From Acidobacteriota bacterium (GTDB lineage Bacteria > Acidobacteriota > UBA6911): a stretch of 64,000 bases of DNA. Positions 9,655 to 18,334 of the stretch are shown here, one piece after another. Numbering within the stretch: the stretch's first letter is position 1; each line of letters starts with the position of its first letter. The notes below the pieces were generated by a model that was not told the DNA's origin, did not search any database, and was given only the letters and a program-made list of their open reading frames with translations. A program made the position numbers and the translations under genes. The DNA lies in the NCBI GenBank assembly GCA_963664705.1, contig OY761556.1, positions 6,496,001 to 6,560,000 on the forward strand, given 5' to 3'.

Positions 9655-10798
9655 TTTCATGAATGAGTTATTTCGTATCGTAAAAGGCGCTCTTCGTCTC
9701 GATATTGAGAAAGTAAGGAATTACACCGCATTTTTGGCAGACAAGCTAGAAAAAGCAGGCGACGCATCTTCGGCAGGCAGACTGCGAAAGCTTCTCCAGG
9801 AAGAAGACCATCAACTCAGGCCAGCTGAAACGGCTTTCGCTGTTGCTCTCCCAGTCGATTCTGAGAGTCGATTCCCACTTCTTGAGCGAGTCGACCTCAA
9901 AGCTCTCCACGAACCCCCTGTGGTTTTGACGGAAGACCAGTGGGCTACTGCGTACGAGTTTCTCAGCATTGCCAAGAGTCACGCCCAGCTTGATGCCCAG
10001 GGCGTCACTGCCACTGTGAATCTACTGATGTATGGGCCTCCAGGATGCGGGAAGAGTCGCCTTGCACGTTTCTTTGCCCAAGAGCTTGGGCTCAGTCTCT
10101 ATATGGCCCGTCTGGATGGGCTGATTTCGTCATATCTTGGAAGCACAGCAAAAAACATTCGTGCCATATTCGATTTTGCTTCCAAAAATCCATGCGTTCT
10201 ATTTCTCGATGAGTTCGATGCTATTGCCAAGCTTCGTGCTGACTCTCAGGAACTTGGTGAACTTAAGCGTGTCGTTAACAGCTTCATACAGAACTTAGAT
10301 GCCCTCGGAGCACAATCAATAATTATTGCTGCCACAAATCATGAGTCACTTCTCGATTCTGCCGTGTGGCGGCGCTTTAGCTACCGCCTGCACCTTACCT
10401 ATCCCACGCCAGATCTGCGAGAGAAGATGTGGATTCAATTTCTCGCTCCACTCGAATTTCCACCACACGATATTGAACTTCTTGTGGATCTCTCAGAGGG
10501 TTTTTCGGGATCTGATATCCAGGAGATTTCCTTAAGGCTTCACCGGCGGCACATAACCACCAAAACTCATCCAGAGCTTAAAGACGCATTTCAGGTTCTA
10601 AAAAACATTGCCATCGGAGAAGGGGAGGACCGCAGGTTCGTCTCTCGTCTCAAAGATATGGATCCCCGTATAGTCGCTTCTGCTTTACGCGAGCGTAACC
10701 CCAAGCTCTATAGCCATTCATCGCTTGCCCATTTGTTTGGCGTTTCCAAAGCAACTGCCCATCGATGGGCGTTGAAAGGAGTGACTGACCATGCCTGA
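9638..10798 (+). CDS. AAA+ ATPase (IetA-like) with C-terminal HTH
   Basis: Walker A GPPGCGKS, Walker B LFLDEFD, 'SSYLGST', 'GELKRVVN', second region of homology 'LDSAVWRRF'. Start uncertain (ATG 9638, possibly leaderless, or ATG 9659). Confidence 0.88.
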   Translation: MYSDNRFMNELFRIVKGALRLDIEKVRNYTAFLADKLEKAGDASSAGRLRKLLQEEDHQLRPAETAFAVALPVDSESRFPLLERVDLKALHEPPVVLTEDQWATAYEFLSIAKSHAQLDAQGVTATVNLLMYGPPGCGKSRLARFFAQELGLSLYMARLDGLISSYLGSTAKNIRAIFDFASKNPCVLFLDEFDAIAKLRADSQELGELKRVVNSFIQNLDALGAQSIIIAATNHESLLDSAVWRRFSYRLHLTYPTPDLREKMWIQFLAPLEFPPHDIELLVDLSEGFSGSDIQEISLRLHRRHITTKTHPELKDAFQVLKNIAIGEGEDRRFVSRLKDMDPRIVASALRERNPKLYSHSSLAHLFGVSKATAHRWALKGVTDHA

Positions 10799-13142
10799 CA
10801 ATTCCGAACGAAAGGATATCTTTCGATCCCGTGATCGACTTCCTATCAAGTTGATTTTGCCTAAACAGGGGCGGGAACGAAAAGTTCCTGGGGGCGGGGG
10901 GCCTGCCAAGCCCTTTCGTTCGGTGGACACTGCGTACAGAAGACGACTCCATAGCCAGGTTACGGCCATTCGGGATGCTATCCTGCCGCAGGCTTCCAAA
11001 ATAGGCAGCATCCCGATCCGCGTTAGGCTTCTCTCAAAAGCCGTGGCCAAGAGCCACCGTCCTGAACACCTTTTTTCGCGCGACTCTTGCCCCATAATCG
11101 GCTCTGGCCATCTTGGCGAGCTATTTCTCAAGGCCTCACCAGATGGACTGGAAAAGCTTGCTTCCACCATTCACCGCAATCAAACCGATCAAACAATAAA
11201 GGAACTCTCCAGCATCGAATCGATAGAGCCCATTACTCCAGTTTTTCGGCGTCACGGGGTTCAATCCATCGACATCCTAAAAAAGAGCCCACGCAGCGAA
11301 AAGGGATTTTTCACCAGAGTCAGATTGTTTGATTTCGGCCCTGATGATGACCAAGCAAAGCTCGTTGATGACTTCCACGCCGCATGTCGACGGCAACACC
11401 TTTCCATTAGCCAGGAAGGGTACGAACCGAGCAGCCAAATATATCAGGTGGAATGCCGCTCGGAAGCGGATGTTGAACAGCTTTCCGGTATTATCGGTAT
11501 CCGCTCGATAACTCAGATGCCACTTATTCGCATGATTCGCCCACGCGTTTTGAATGCACGCCCTCTGCCTACAAGGCTTCCCATCGCCGGCGATGTGGAC
11601 GGAGATTTTCCCGTTGTTGTTGTTGTCGACAGTGGTGTTACGGATAAAAATTCCGAGCTTCAAACATGGATTGTCGGCCGCAAATCCGACGTTTCTCCGC
11701 AATATCGGAACACGGATCACGGTACCTTCGTCGCTGGTCTTATCTGTTGGGGCTCGCAGCTCAATCCTGACCTGGCCGGAATTGATTCCAATCCCTGCGG
11801 CGTTTTTGACCTTCAGGTAATTCCAAACGGCGACCCAAGCCGGGGCGATACTGACGACCTAATTGAAAGCGAATTTCTCCAGTCCCTTGAGTCTGCACTA
11901 AAACAATATGCCAACAAATATCGTGTTTGGAACCTCTCTTTAGGCTCCGATCAAGTTTGCTCGCTAGACGAATTTTCCCCTCTCGCCGAGCAACTTGATC
12001 ATCTTCAGGAAAAGTATCGAGTCTCCTTTGTCATAAGCGCCGGAAATTACGATACGCTTCCGCTCTTGGATTATCCACGAACGCTTCAGCAGCTTGACGT
12101 CGGTCGAATTACTTCTCCAGCCGACAGCGTCCTTGGAATTACAGTAGGCTCAGTCTCCCACATTGACTATAAAGCTCACGGACCCCGCCAGCATCATCCT
12201 TCTCCTTTTTCGCGGCATGGGGCAGGCCCAAATCACATAATTAAGCCTGACCTGATCCATTACGGAGGAACCTGCACTGTTGATGCCTCTCATACTTCCG
12301 GAATCCGCTCCGTTAACGCGAAAAGTTCTGCTGAGGATCTCGGTACTAGCTTTGCAGCTCCACTAATTTCCCGCACGCTTGCTCAGATCTATCATCAGGT
12401 CACTCCGACTCCATCACCCGTACTTGCCCGCGCACTTCTTACGCATCACGCCCGCGACCCCCGAACTGGAGACCGCGTGCCCGATGGAGACGAGAACTTT
12501 TTCGGCTTTGGCCTTCCGGCTACAGTTCCATACTGCCTTGAGTGCAGTCCGCACTCCTCTACGCTAATCTTTGAAGATACCTTGAGGCCTGGCTACTACC
12601 TAGAATGGGATGATTTCCCGTATCCCGCCGCTCTCCATCGTGAAGGACGCTACTACGGCCAGGTTTGGATGACTGTAGCCCTTGCTCCATCACGGGGGGG
12701 CCGTTGGGGGACTGAGTATTGTGAGACGCATATCGATGCGCACTTCGGCGTCTACGCTTCCAAGACGTCTCGACAGACGGGCGATGTGTCCGTACAATTC
12801 AACGGCCTGGTTCCCCCAGAGCATAAAAATCCAGGACTACTTTATGAATCATATCAGGTTGAGAAGTTGCGAAAGTGGGCACCAGTGCGTACATATTTTG
12901 GTGATCTAGGCGAACGTGGAAAACGCGGACTTCGCTGGCGTCTCAAGGTTCAGCTTCTCACACGTCACGGAATTGAAGATCAGGAAGCTTTTAAGCCACA
13001 GCCGTTTTCTCTCATTCTGACGATTGCAGACCCGCTGAAAAAGGCACCGGTCTATGATCAGATGGCGCAAACCGTTCACAACCGGTTCCAAGCTCAAAAC
13101 ATCGTAGTGCGTGCTGCATCTCGGATACGTACGCGTACTTAG
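10791..13142 (+). CDS. S8 subtilisin-like serine protease (IetS/Y4bN-like)
   Basis: Intact triad VVVVDSG / DHGTFVAG / GTSFAAP and oxyanion ISAGN; no signal peptide; overlaps the ATPase stop. Confidence 0.9.
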   Translation: MPDNSERKDIFRSRDRLPIKLILPKQGRERKVPGGGGPAKPFRSVDTAYRRRLHSQVTAIRDAILPQASKIGSIPIRVRLLSKAVAKSHRPEHLFSRDSCPIIGSGHLGELFLKASPDGLEKLASTIHRNQTDQTIKELSSIESIEPITPVFRRHGVQSIDILKKSPRSEKGFFTRVRLFDFGPDDDQAKLVDDFHAACRRQHLSISQEGYEPSSQIYQVECRSEADVEQLSGIIGIRSITQMPLIRMIRPRVLNARPLPTRLPIAGDVDGDFPVVVVVDSGVTDKNSELQTWIVGRKSDVSPQYRNTDHGTFVAGLICWGSQLNPDLAGIDSNPCGVFDLQVIPNGDPSRGDTDDLIESEFLQSLESALKQYANKYRVWNLSLGSDQVCSLDEFSPLAEQLDHLQEKYRVSFVISAGNYDTLPLLDYPRTLQQLDVGRITSPADSVLGITVGSVSHIDYKAHGPRQHHPSPFSRHGAGPNHIIKPDLIHYGGTCTVDASHTSGIRSVNAKSSAEDLGTSFAAPLISRTLAQIYHQVTPTPSPVLARALLTHHARDPRTGDRVPDGDENFFGFGLPATVPYCLECSPHSSTLIFEDTLRPGYYLEWDDFPYPAALHREGRYYGQVWMTVALAPSRGGRWGTEYCETHIDAHFGVYASKTSRQTGDVSVQFNGLVPPEHKNPGLLYESYQVEKLRKWAPVRTYFGDLGERGKRGLRWRLKVQLLTRHGIEDQEAFKPQPFSLILTIADPLKKAPVYDQMAQTVHNRFQAQNIVVRAASRIRTRT

Positions 13143-13274
13143 TAAGCAGCGAAATCATGAACCCTCGCTTCACATAATTGGTTTTTGTTTGATTAGAGTG
13201 TTGAGGCAACCAACAGCAGCCAAGTTCGAAGTTTTATACTTCTAAGCAAGCCCAGCAAAAGCCCCCGAGCAGTC

Positions 13275-14174
13275 TCATATGGAGACCATGATTGATTTCA
13301 ACTCACTTTCGGGGAATATGAGAGCGAACACCTGATAGGTGCTGTCAAAGGCCTCTAGGTATAAGGTCTCTGAGATCTCAGTGATGGGCGATTCAATTCG
13401 ACAGCGCTTCGTCAGCTTTTTATTGAATTGAGGAAGCCTGTTTCCTAGCGGATCTCGGCTATAGAACGCATCTGGCCATTTAACTATTCCGAAACGATCG
13501 AGGAATCTTTGGGATGCGACCACGCGGCGCAGTTCAAATCGATTTCCACGGCTAACTTCATGCACAGGCTCATCGAAGATTAGCACCGCACAGCAGCGGT
13601 GACTGGTCGAAACGAAGCGTCGCATGGCCGCATATACTGAAGATCCGTACCTTTTCGCAAGATCCATTGGAGTCTTAATCGCAAACGGGAGCACTTTTGC
13701 ATCTTTCTCAAACCGGTCAATCTGGAAGAGCACTTCAGATGCGAATACTCCCGCTTGTCGCTCAAACTCCTGTTTCACCTCTGGATCAAGTTCGGCCTCA
13801 CCATCCTCAACAAGCGCATATGCATCTCTTTGCCAGGGTAAGAATCCGTGCCCTGTTTCGTGGAGGGATACAAATCGTCGTTTTTGTTCTTTAACGCTTA
13901 GATCAAGGTAAATTATTTTATCCTGAGAATCGAATAATCCGAGAACTTTGTCCAATGCTTTTTTAATGGTTCCGGTAACAGCGCCGTAAGCCCTCTTCAG
14001 GAATCCTTCATCAAGAGAGGCCCCTGCAACAGAAAGTTCTGCCGCCGCGATGATTTTCTCTACGGGCGTTGGAAACTGGTCGCATGCACCCGCTTGCCTC
14101 AGCAAGCGGGCGGCATGTTTCCGAATCTCCGTATGCATTTCAGGGGGGACAGAACAGTCATCGGCTTTACTCAT
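13275..14174 (-). CDS. ImmA/IrrE-family zinc metallopeptidase (CapP-like)
   Basis: 'RRFVSLHETGH' (HExxH), 'FERQAGVFASEVLF', HTH linker 'LAKRYGSSVYAAMRRFV', C-terminal GAF-like region. Start reassigned to ATG 14174, coupled to the XRE stop. Confidence 0.88.
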   Translation of the reverse strand: MSKADDCSVPPEMHTEIRKHAARLLRQAGACDQFPTPVEKIIAAAELSVAGASLDEGFLKRAYGAVTGTIKKALDKVLGLFDSQDKIIYLDLSVKEQKRRFVSLHETGHGFLPWQRDAYALVEDGEAELDPEVKQEFERQAGVFASEVLFQIDRFEKDAKVLPFAIKTPMDLAKRYGSSVYAAMRRFVSTSHRCCAVLIFDEPVHEVSRGNRFELRRVVASQRFLDRFGIVKWPDAFYSRDPLGNRLPQFNKKLTKRCRIESPITEISETLYLEAFDSTYQVFALIFPESELKSIMVSI

Positions 14175-14568
14175 CTTTTCCTTTCCTTTGCTTAGAACGT
14201 AAGAAGGCAAGGTATTTCAGCAGTTCCTCTTCTTCTTCTCGGCTAAGAGGGCCGAGAGATGCCGGAACTACTGATCCCTTCAGCTGCAGCGAAGCTGCCC
14301 GCAATTTTGGCGATGCCTTTATGTATCCTGCCTTTTGCATCAGTACCTCATAGGGAACCTTATAGAATTCCGCTAACGCATGCAGGATGTGAGGCGACGG
14401 CTTGCTGATCTTATCGTTCTCCAATTGGCTTAGATATGCATTCGAGACCTCAGTGCCTTCCTCTACTTCCCGCAGTGTATGTTTTCGAGTTTGGCGTATG
14501 TTTCGAAGAAACTCACCGAGGCTTTGTCCAGCGCCTTCCGGCGATGCCAATTCATTTTTGCCGCTCAT
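14167..14568 (-). CDS. XRE-family HTH repressor (CapH/ImmR-like)
   Basis: 'LGEFLRNIRQTRKHTLREVEEGTEVSNAYLSQLENDKISKPS'; C-terminal oligomerisation helix 'LSREEEEELLKYLAFLRS'. Confidence 0.9.
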   Translation of the reverse strand: MSGKNELASPEGAGQSLGEFLRNIRQTRKHTLREVEEGTEVSNAYLSQLENDKISKPSPHILHALAEFYKVPYEVLMQKAGYIKASPKLRAASLQLKGSVVPASLGPLSREEEEELLKYLAFLRSKQRKGKDE

Positions 14569-14614
14569 TGCTTTCTCCTTTTTGGTTCTCCTTAGGGATT
14601 TATTTTAATAGCCT

Positions 14615-14677
14615 TTGCTAAAGTTAGCAAGCATTGCGTGCTGGTTGCTTGACATACTACGCAACGCGTAGTATATT
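14615..14677. promoter_or_regulatory. Divergent control region with consensus sigma70 promoter and two palindromic operators
   Basis: TTGACA (14649-14654) -17 nt- TATATT (14672-14677); ATACTACGC-AAC-GCGTAGTAT (14654-14674) fills the spacer; TTGCTAA-AG-TTAGCAA at 14615-14630. Confidence 0.75.
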
Positions 14678-14739
14678 TAGATTTGTGAAATATGGAAATG
14701 TTTATTTCCAAAACTCTTAACCTTTTTAAGGAGACAATT

Positions 14740-15732
14740 ATGTCTGTCCATTCTGTTGAAGAAACCTGGGTTGAGACTCTTGACGCGTCCCTCCCCGAAT
14801 CAATTCCATCCGCAAAAACCTTAGGTGCACTGCCTCCTGGACTAGCAAAGCTCAAGATACGCCTGGCGATTCAGCGTTGGCCCAATGGCGAAGAAAGCCA
14901 TTTCAGGGCAGAACTCTCCGATAGTCTCGTCGAGATACTTCGTCACGGAGCCGAGGCTCTTGGAACGCCCGCTCTTCCTCCTCATCCCGCGGAGCCACTG
15001 GATACCCTTTTATGCCGGCGACATGGACACGAATGGGAATCCTTGGCTGATCTCCAAACTCCGCTTTGGATTCTGCTTGCCGAAGGCTTTTCTCGCCATT
15101 TCGCGATCGATTTTAAGACGATAATTCAAATCAATGCGCGGTGGGGAACCGCCTCCAATTCCAGCATGAGCCCCCGGGAACTCCTAACTTCATTTGGTTT
15201 TGACCCGGCTCAATTTAGCTTGTACTACGCCACGAGTTCGGATCTTCTCCCACCAGACACTCCGCTGAACATTCAGCGAGGCGACCGTTTCGAAGCACAA
15301 AAGGACGGGCGATACGGCTTTGTGTCGTCCCGTCCCCCACGGGGGACTCAAACCATCGAAGAGGAAATTGAAGAGCTTCAGAAGCAAGGACTCGATATCA
15401 AACTCACGAGCCAAAATAGTCAGCGTTATGTTGAACTCTTGGGATTAGAGATTCCCTCTCCTCCCTGGTCAACTTCACGAGCAGACATTCTTATTGCGGT
15501 TCCGGGCATATACCCGCAAGGAGGCCTCGATGCGTTTTATTTGCACACTACTGTTTCTCATACAAATGGGCAAATTCCCTATCAGCAATCCATTGCCGAG
15601 ATTGCAGGCATGTCGTGGGCTTTGATTTCATGGCACTACTCTCAGAGCCGTCCTTGGAATCCAGTTTTGGATGACCTTGCATCTCATATAGTCCATTGTC
15701 GTGGATTCTTTCTACAGCGAGGCATCCGATGA
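14740..15732 (+). CDS. Ubiquitin-like domain(s) fused to prokaryotic E2 family E domain (Bub-like Ubl-Ubl-E2)
   Basis: AAGGAG RBS before ATG 14740. Multi-ubiquitin-like unit 'IQINARW...SPRELL...FSLY...TPLNIQRGDRFEAQKDGRYG', then E2-E motifs 'ILIAVPGIYPQGGLDAFY' and 'WALISWHY...WNPVLDDLASH'. Confidence 0.78.
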   Translation: MSVHSVEETWVETLDASLPESIPSAKTLGALPPGLAKLKIRLAIQRWPNGEESHFRAELSDSLVEILRHGAEALGTPALPPHPAEPLDTLLCRRHGHEWESLADLQTPLWILLAEGFSRHFAIDFKTIIQINARWGTASNSSMSPRELLTSFGFDPAQFSLYYATSSDLLPPDTPLNIQRGDRFEAQKDGRYGFVSSRPPRGTQTIEEEIEELQKQGLDIKLTSQNSQRYVELLGLEIPSPPWSTSRADILIAVPGIYPQGGLDAFYLHTTVSHTNGQIPYQQSIAEIAGMSWALISWHYSQSRPWNPVLDDLASHIVHCRGFFLQRGIR

Positions 15733-17129
15733 ACCTGAGAATATCCGAATCGCATTGGCGAGACGTACAACGAGCTACCATGTCCAGCTTCTCAAAAGCT
15801 CTTGGGCGGCCTGCCGAAACCGGCTGCATTTTGCTTTGTGGACACAACGCACACTCAGTCCGTCCGAGTCTTTTGGTTGCCGATGTTCTAATTCCCAGTG
15901 ACCAGGACCTTAAAGATCAGGAGTATGGTGGTTTAACGTTTTCTAGTAGTTACCTTCGGCGTGCCCTCCTTACTGTACGGCAACGCGGACTAAAGGGGTT
16001 TTTGACCCTGCATACTCACCCACTAGCAGATAGATACGTCGGCTTTTCCAACTACGACAATGAAAATGATCCTCAGTTAATGCAAAACTTATATGAGATG
16101 CAACAAGATGGATTATTTGGAAGCATTGTCATAGGCAAGAACTCTGCTGCCGCCAGGATCTGGGATTGTTCAAGGTTCCTGCCTTTAAGGAATTTGGTAA
16201 TCGTGGGCGAACAGCTATGTTTTATCCCGTTGAACGGAGACTCCTCAACGATAGCAGTCCCGGAAGCATCTGAAATCTTTGATCGCAGTTTGGCGCTAAC
16301 CGGGCAAGGAGCGCTTTCTATTCTATCTCAGCTCCGCATTGCAGTAATCGGGGCTAGTGGCACAGGATCTCTCATCGTGGAACTTCTGGCTCGCGCAGGG
16401 GCTGGAGAGATCGTCCTTTTCGATTTCGATACAGCAGATCACACTAATCTAAATCGCGTGCTCTACCTGCGAACGAGAGACACTGATGTAAAGAGGATTA
16501 AAGCTGAACGTCTCGCTGAAGCCATCAAAGAAAGCGGCCTCCCGTCACGTATCACCATAGTCAAAGATGGTGATATTCGGAAACCCGAGGTAGCCAGCGA
16601 ACTGCGTGGTTGTGATCTCCTAATCGGGTGCGTAGACCGCGATTGGCCGCGTCTCATTCTCTCCGAGGTTTCGTATCAATATCTATTGCCCTATCTGGAT
16701 CTCGGAACCGAAATTGGAATTTCTGACGATTGCATTCAAAGTATCGACTCCAGAACATCATATGTCTGTCCCGGACGTCCATGTTTGCTTTGCAGTAAGG
16801 TTGTCTCCCAAGAACGTCTGCGTCTCGAAACGCTTGAAAGTGATGAACAAGACCGCGTTATAAAAATGGGTTATTCTGCGGATATTCGCCTTAAAGCACC
16901 TGCTGTTATGGAACTCAACATGCGCTCTGCTTCCTTAGCCATGTTCCTTCTCCGCAATCTCCTTCAGCCCTTCCTGGCTGCTCCTGTACCACACACAATT
17001 AAGGAAGCGCTTACAAACTACTCAACTCGCCAGCTTTTTTACTCCGTCATGCCCAAATGCCCGTGTTGTGATTCAGAGCGCCTCGGCGCGGGTGGTTCAT
17101 CGCGTCTAAGCACTAGACCGCAGGCTTAA
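15729..17129 (+). CDS. JAB/JAMM peptidase - ThiF/E1 fusion
   Basis: ATGA overlap with the upstream stop. JAMM motif 'ETG...HTHP...FSNYD'; E1 motifs 'IGASGTGS', 'DFD...NLNR', 'GCVD', zinc pairs 'CLLC' and 'CPCC'. Confidence 0.88.
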   Translation: MNLRISESHWRDVQRATMSSFSKALGRPAETGCILLCGHNAHSVRPSLLVADVLIPSDQDLKDQEYGGLTFSSSYLRRALLTVRQRGLKGFLTLHTHPLADRYVGFSNYDNENDPQLMQNLYEMQQDGLFGSIVIGKNSAAARIWDCSRFLPLRNLVIVGEQLCFIPLNGDSSTIAVPEASEIFDRSLALTGQGALSILSQLRIAVIGASGTGSLIVELLARAGAGEIVLFDFDTADHTNLNRVLYLRTRDTDVKRIKAERLAEAIKESGLPSRITIVKDGDIRKPEVASELRGCDLLIGCVDRDWPRLILSEVSYQYLLPYLDLGTEIGISDDCIQSIDSRTSYVCPGRPCLLCSKVVSQERLRLETLESDEQDRVIKMGYSADIRLKAPAVMELNMRSASLAMFLLRNLLQPFLAAPVPHTIKEALTNYSTRQLFYSVMPKCPCCDSERLGAGGSSRLSTRPQA

Positions 17130-17266
17130 CAGACCCGAATTATTGAAAGCAGATCGCGGGTTAAAGTCATCGGAAGCCATGGATTCCATAATCCGGGAAT
17201 TTCCTTCCATCGAAAGATCCGGATTCAAGAAGGTGTTGTTGAACGACTGTCAATGCGCGGGTGAAC

Positions 17267-18334
17267 TCATCTCCTATATTCCGCCGTCAGCTGACGCTGG
17301 ATACGGCTATCCTGGTCACGAATCTGCAAATATGCCAGGGAAGATCCTCCACATGAATCGATATCAATCACACCAAAACTTTTTTCATAAAAGAGATTTG
17401 CAGCTCTGTGCTGATTCTTCTCTGGCGAGAAGAAAGCTCTTAAATGATAGAAGAAATCGACATGGTGGGTCAGGCCGCTGCTTGTGACATCATATAGAGA
17501 ATACGGCAATTGCGGATCATCTAATCTGGATATCTCCGCAAGGTGGCGATCGCCGCTTAGGATAACGGTGAGCCTTGGTTTTGCATCTGTGAGCAATTGC
17601 AGGATTCGTTTTCGTGATTTCGGATAATTGCCCCAATGCTCATAGGGATGCTCGCAGGAAAGCAATTGAATGCTGGATCCAAGCAGAACAATTTCATCTC
17701 TACTATCTCTCAGTTCTTTTTCAAGCCATTGCCATTGCTTCTCACCGAGGAGATCACTCTCCGGTCCCGGTACATCTGCGTTGTAGCGGAGATCCAGAAG
17801 GATGACTTTGATTCGCCCCGCAGGCTTGCCATATGTATAGGAAGCATAAACGCCGTCCTGCTTCCGGCGAGGGCTGTCTTGCGGTTCATCTATGAAATCA
17901 AGAAAAAGCTGTTGGCTCTCAGCCTTCTTCGAGTAATGCTTGTTACCATTTTTCATCCCATAATCATTGTCATCCCAGGTGCCAATGATGGGGCACTGCT
18001 TTCTCATCTCTGCGTATTCGGGATTCTGTTTCTGTTTTTCGTACTGGCTTCGCAGATATCCCACATCTTCAGTAGCGGCATCGACGCTGTCTCCGAGCCA
18101 GATCCAGAGGTCGGGCTTGCAGTTGACAATAGCTCGCCACATATAGTTTGGCTTCCATTGTTTGTTGCAGGAACCGAATGCAATTCGAAAAACGCCAGGC
18201 CCAGCCGGGTTGCGATCAATATGATCACCCATTGGCGCAACTGTTCGCGTGGAATAAAGCTGAGCAACCGGGATGGCAATCACAATGAGAGCCATCAGCA
18301 GCCCCAGGAATTTAAAAGCATGTCTAAGCTTCAT
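17267..18334 (-). CDS. PhoD-family phosphatase/phosphodiesterase with altered active-site motifs
   Basis: N-terminal signal/TM; 'IAFGSCN', 'WLGD', 'WDDND', 'LLDLRY', 'LGEKQWQWL', 'LSGDRH', 'DVTSSGL'. Confidence 0.85.
   Translation of the reverse strand: MKLRHAFKFLGLLMALIVIAIPVAQLYSTRTVAPMGDHIDRNPAGPGVFRIAFGSCNKQWKPNYMWRAIVNCKPDLWIWLGDSVDAATEDVGYLRSQYEKQKQNPEYAEMRKQCPIIGTWDDNDYGMKNGNKHYSKKAESQQLFLDFIDEPQDSPRRKQDGVYASYTYGKPAGRIKVILLDLRYNADVPGPESDLLGEKQWQWLEKELRDSRDEIVLLGSSIQLLSCEHPYEHWGNYPKSRKRILQLLTDAKPRLTVILSGDRHLAEISRLDDPQLPYSLYDVTSSGLTHHVDFFYHLRAFFSPEKNQHRAANLFYEKSFGVIDIDSCGGSSLAYLQIRDQDSRIQRQLTAEYRR

Noticed and set aside
14740-17129. Type II CBASS/Pycsar (Cap2/Cap3) or ThiS/MoaD sulfur-carrier operon
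   Set aside because: No cyclase or effector gene, domain order is Ubl-E2 plus JAB-E1 rather than E2-E1 plus JAB, and no thiamine or molybdopterin biosynthesis genes are adjacent.
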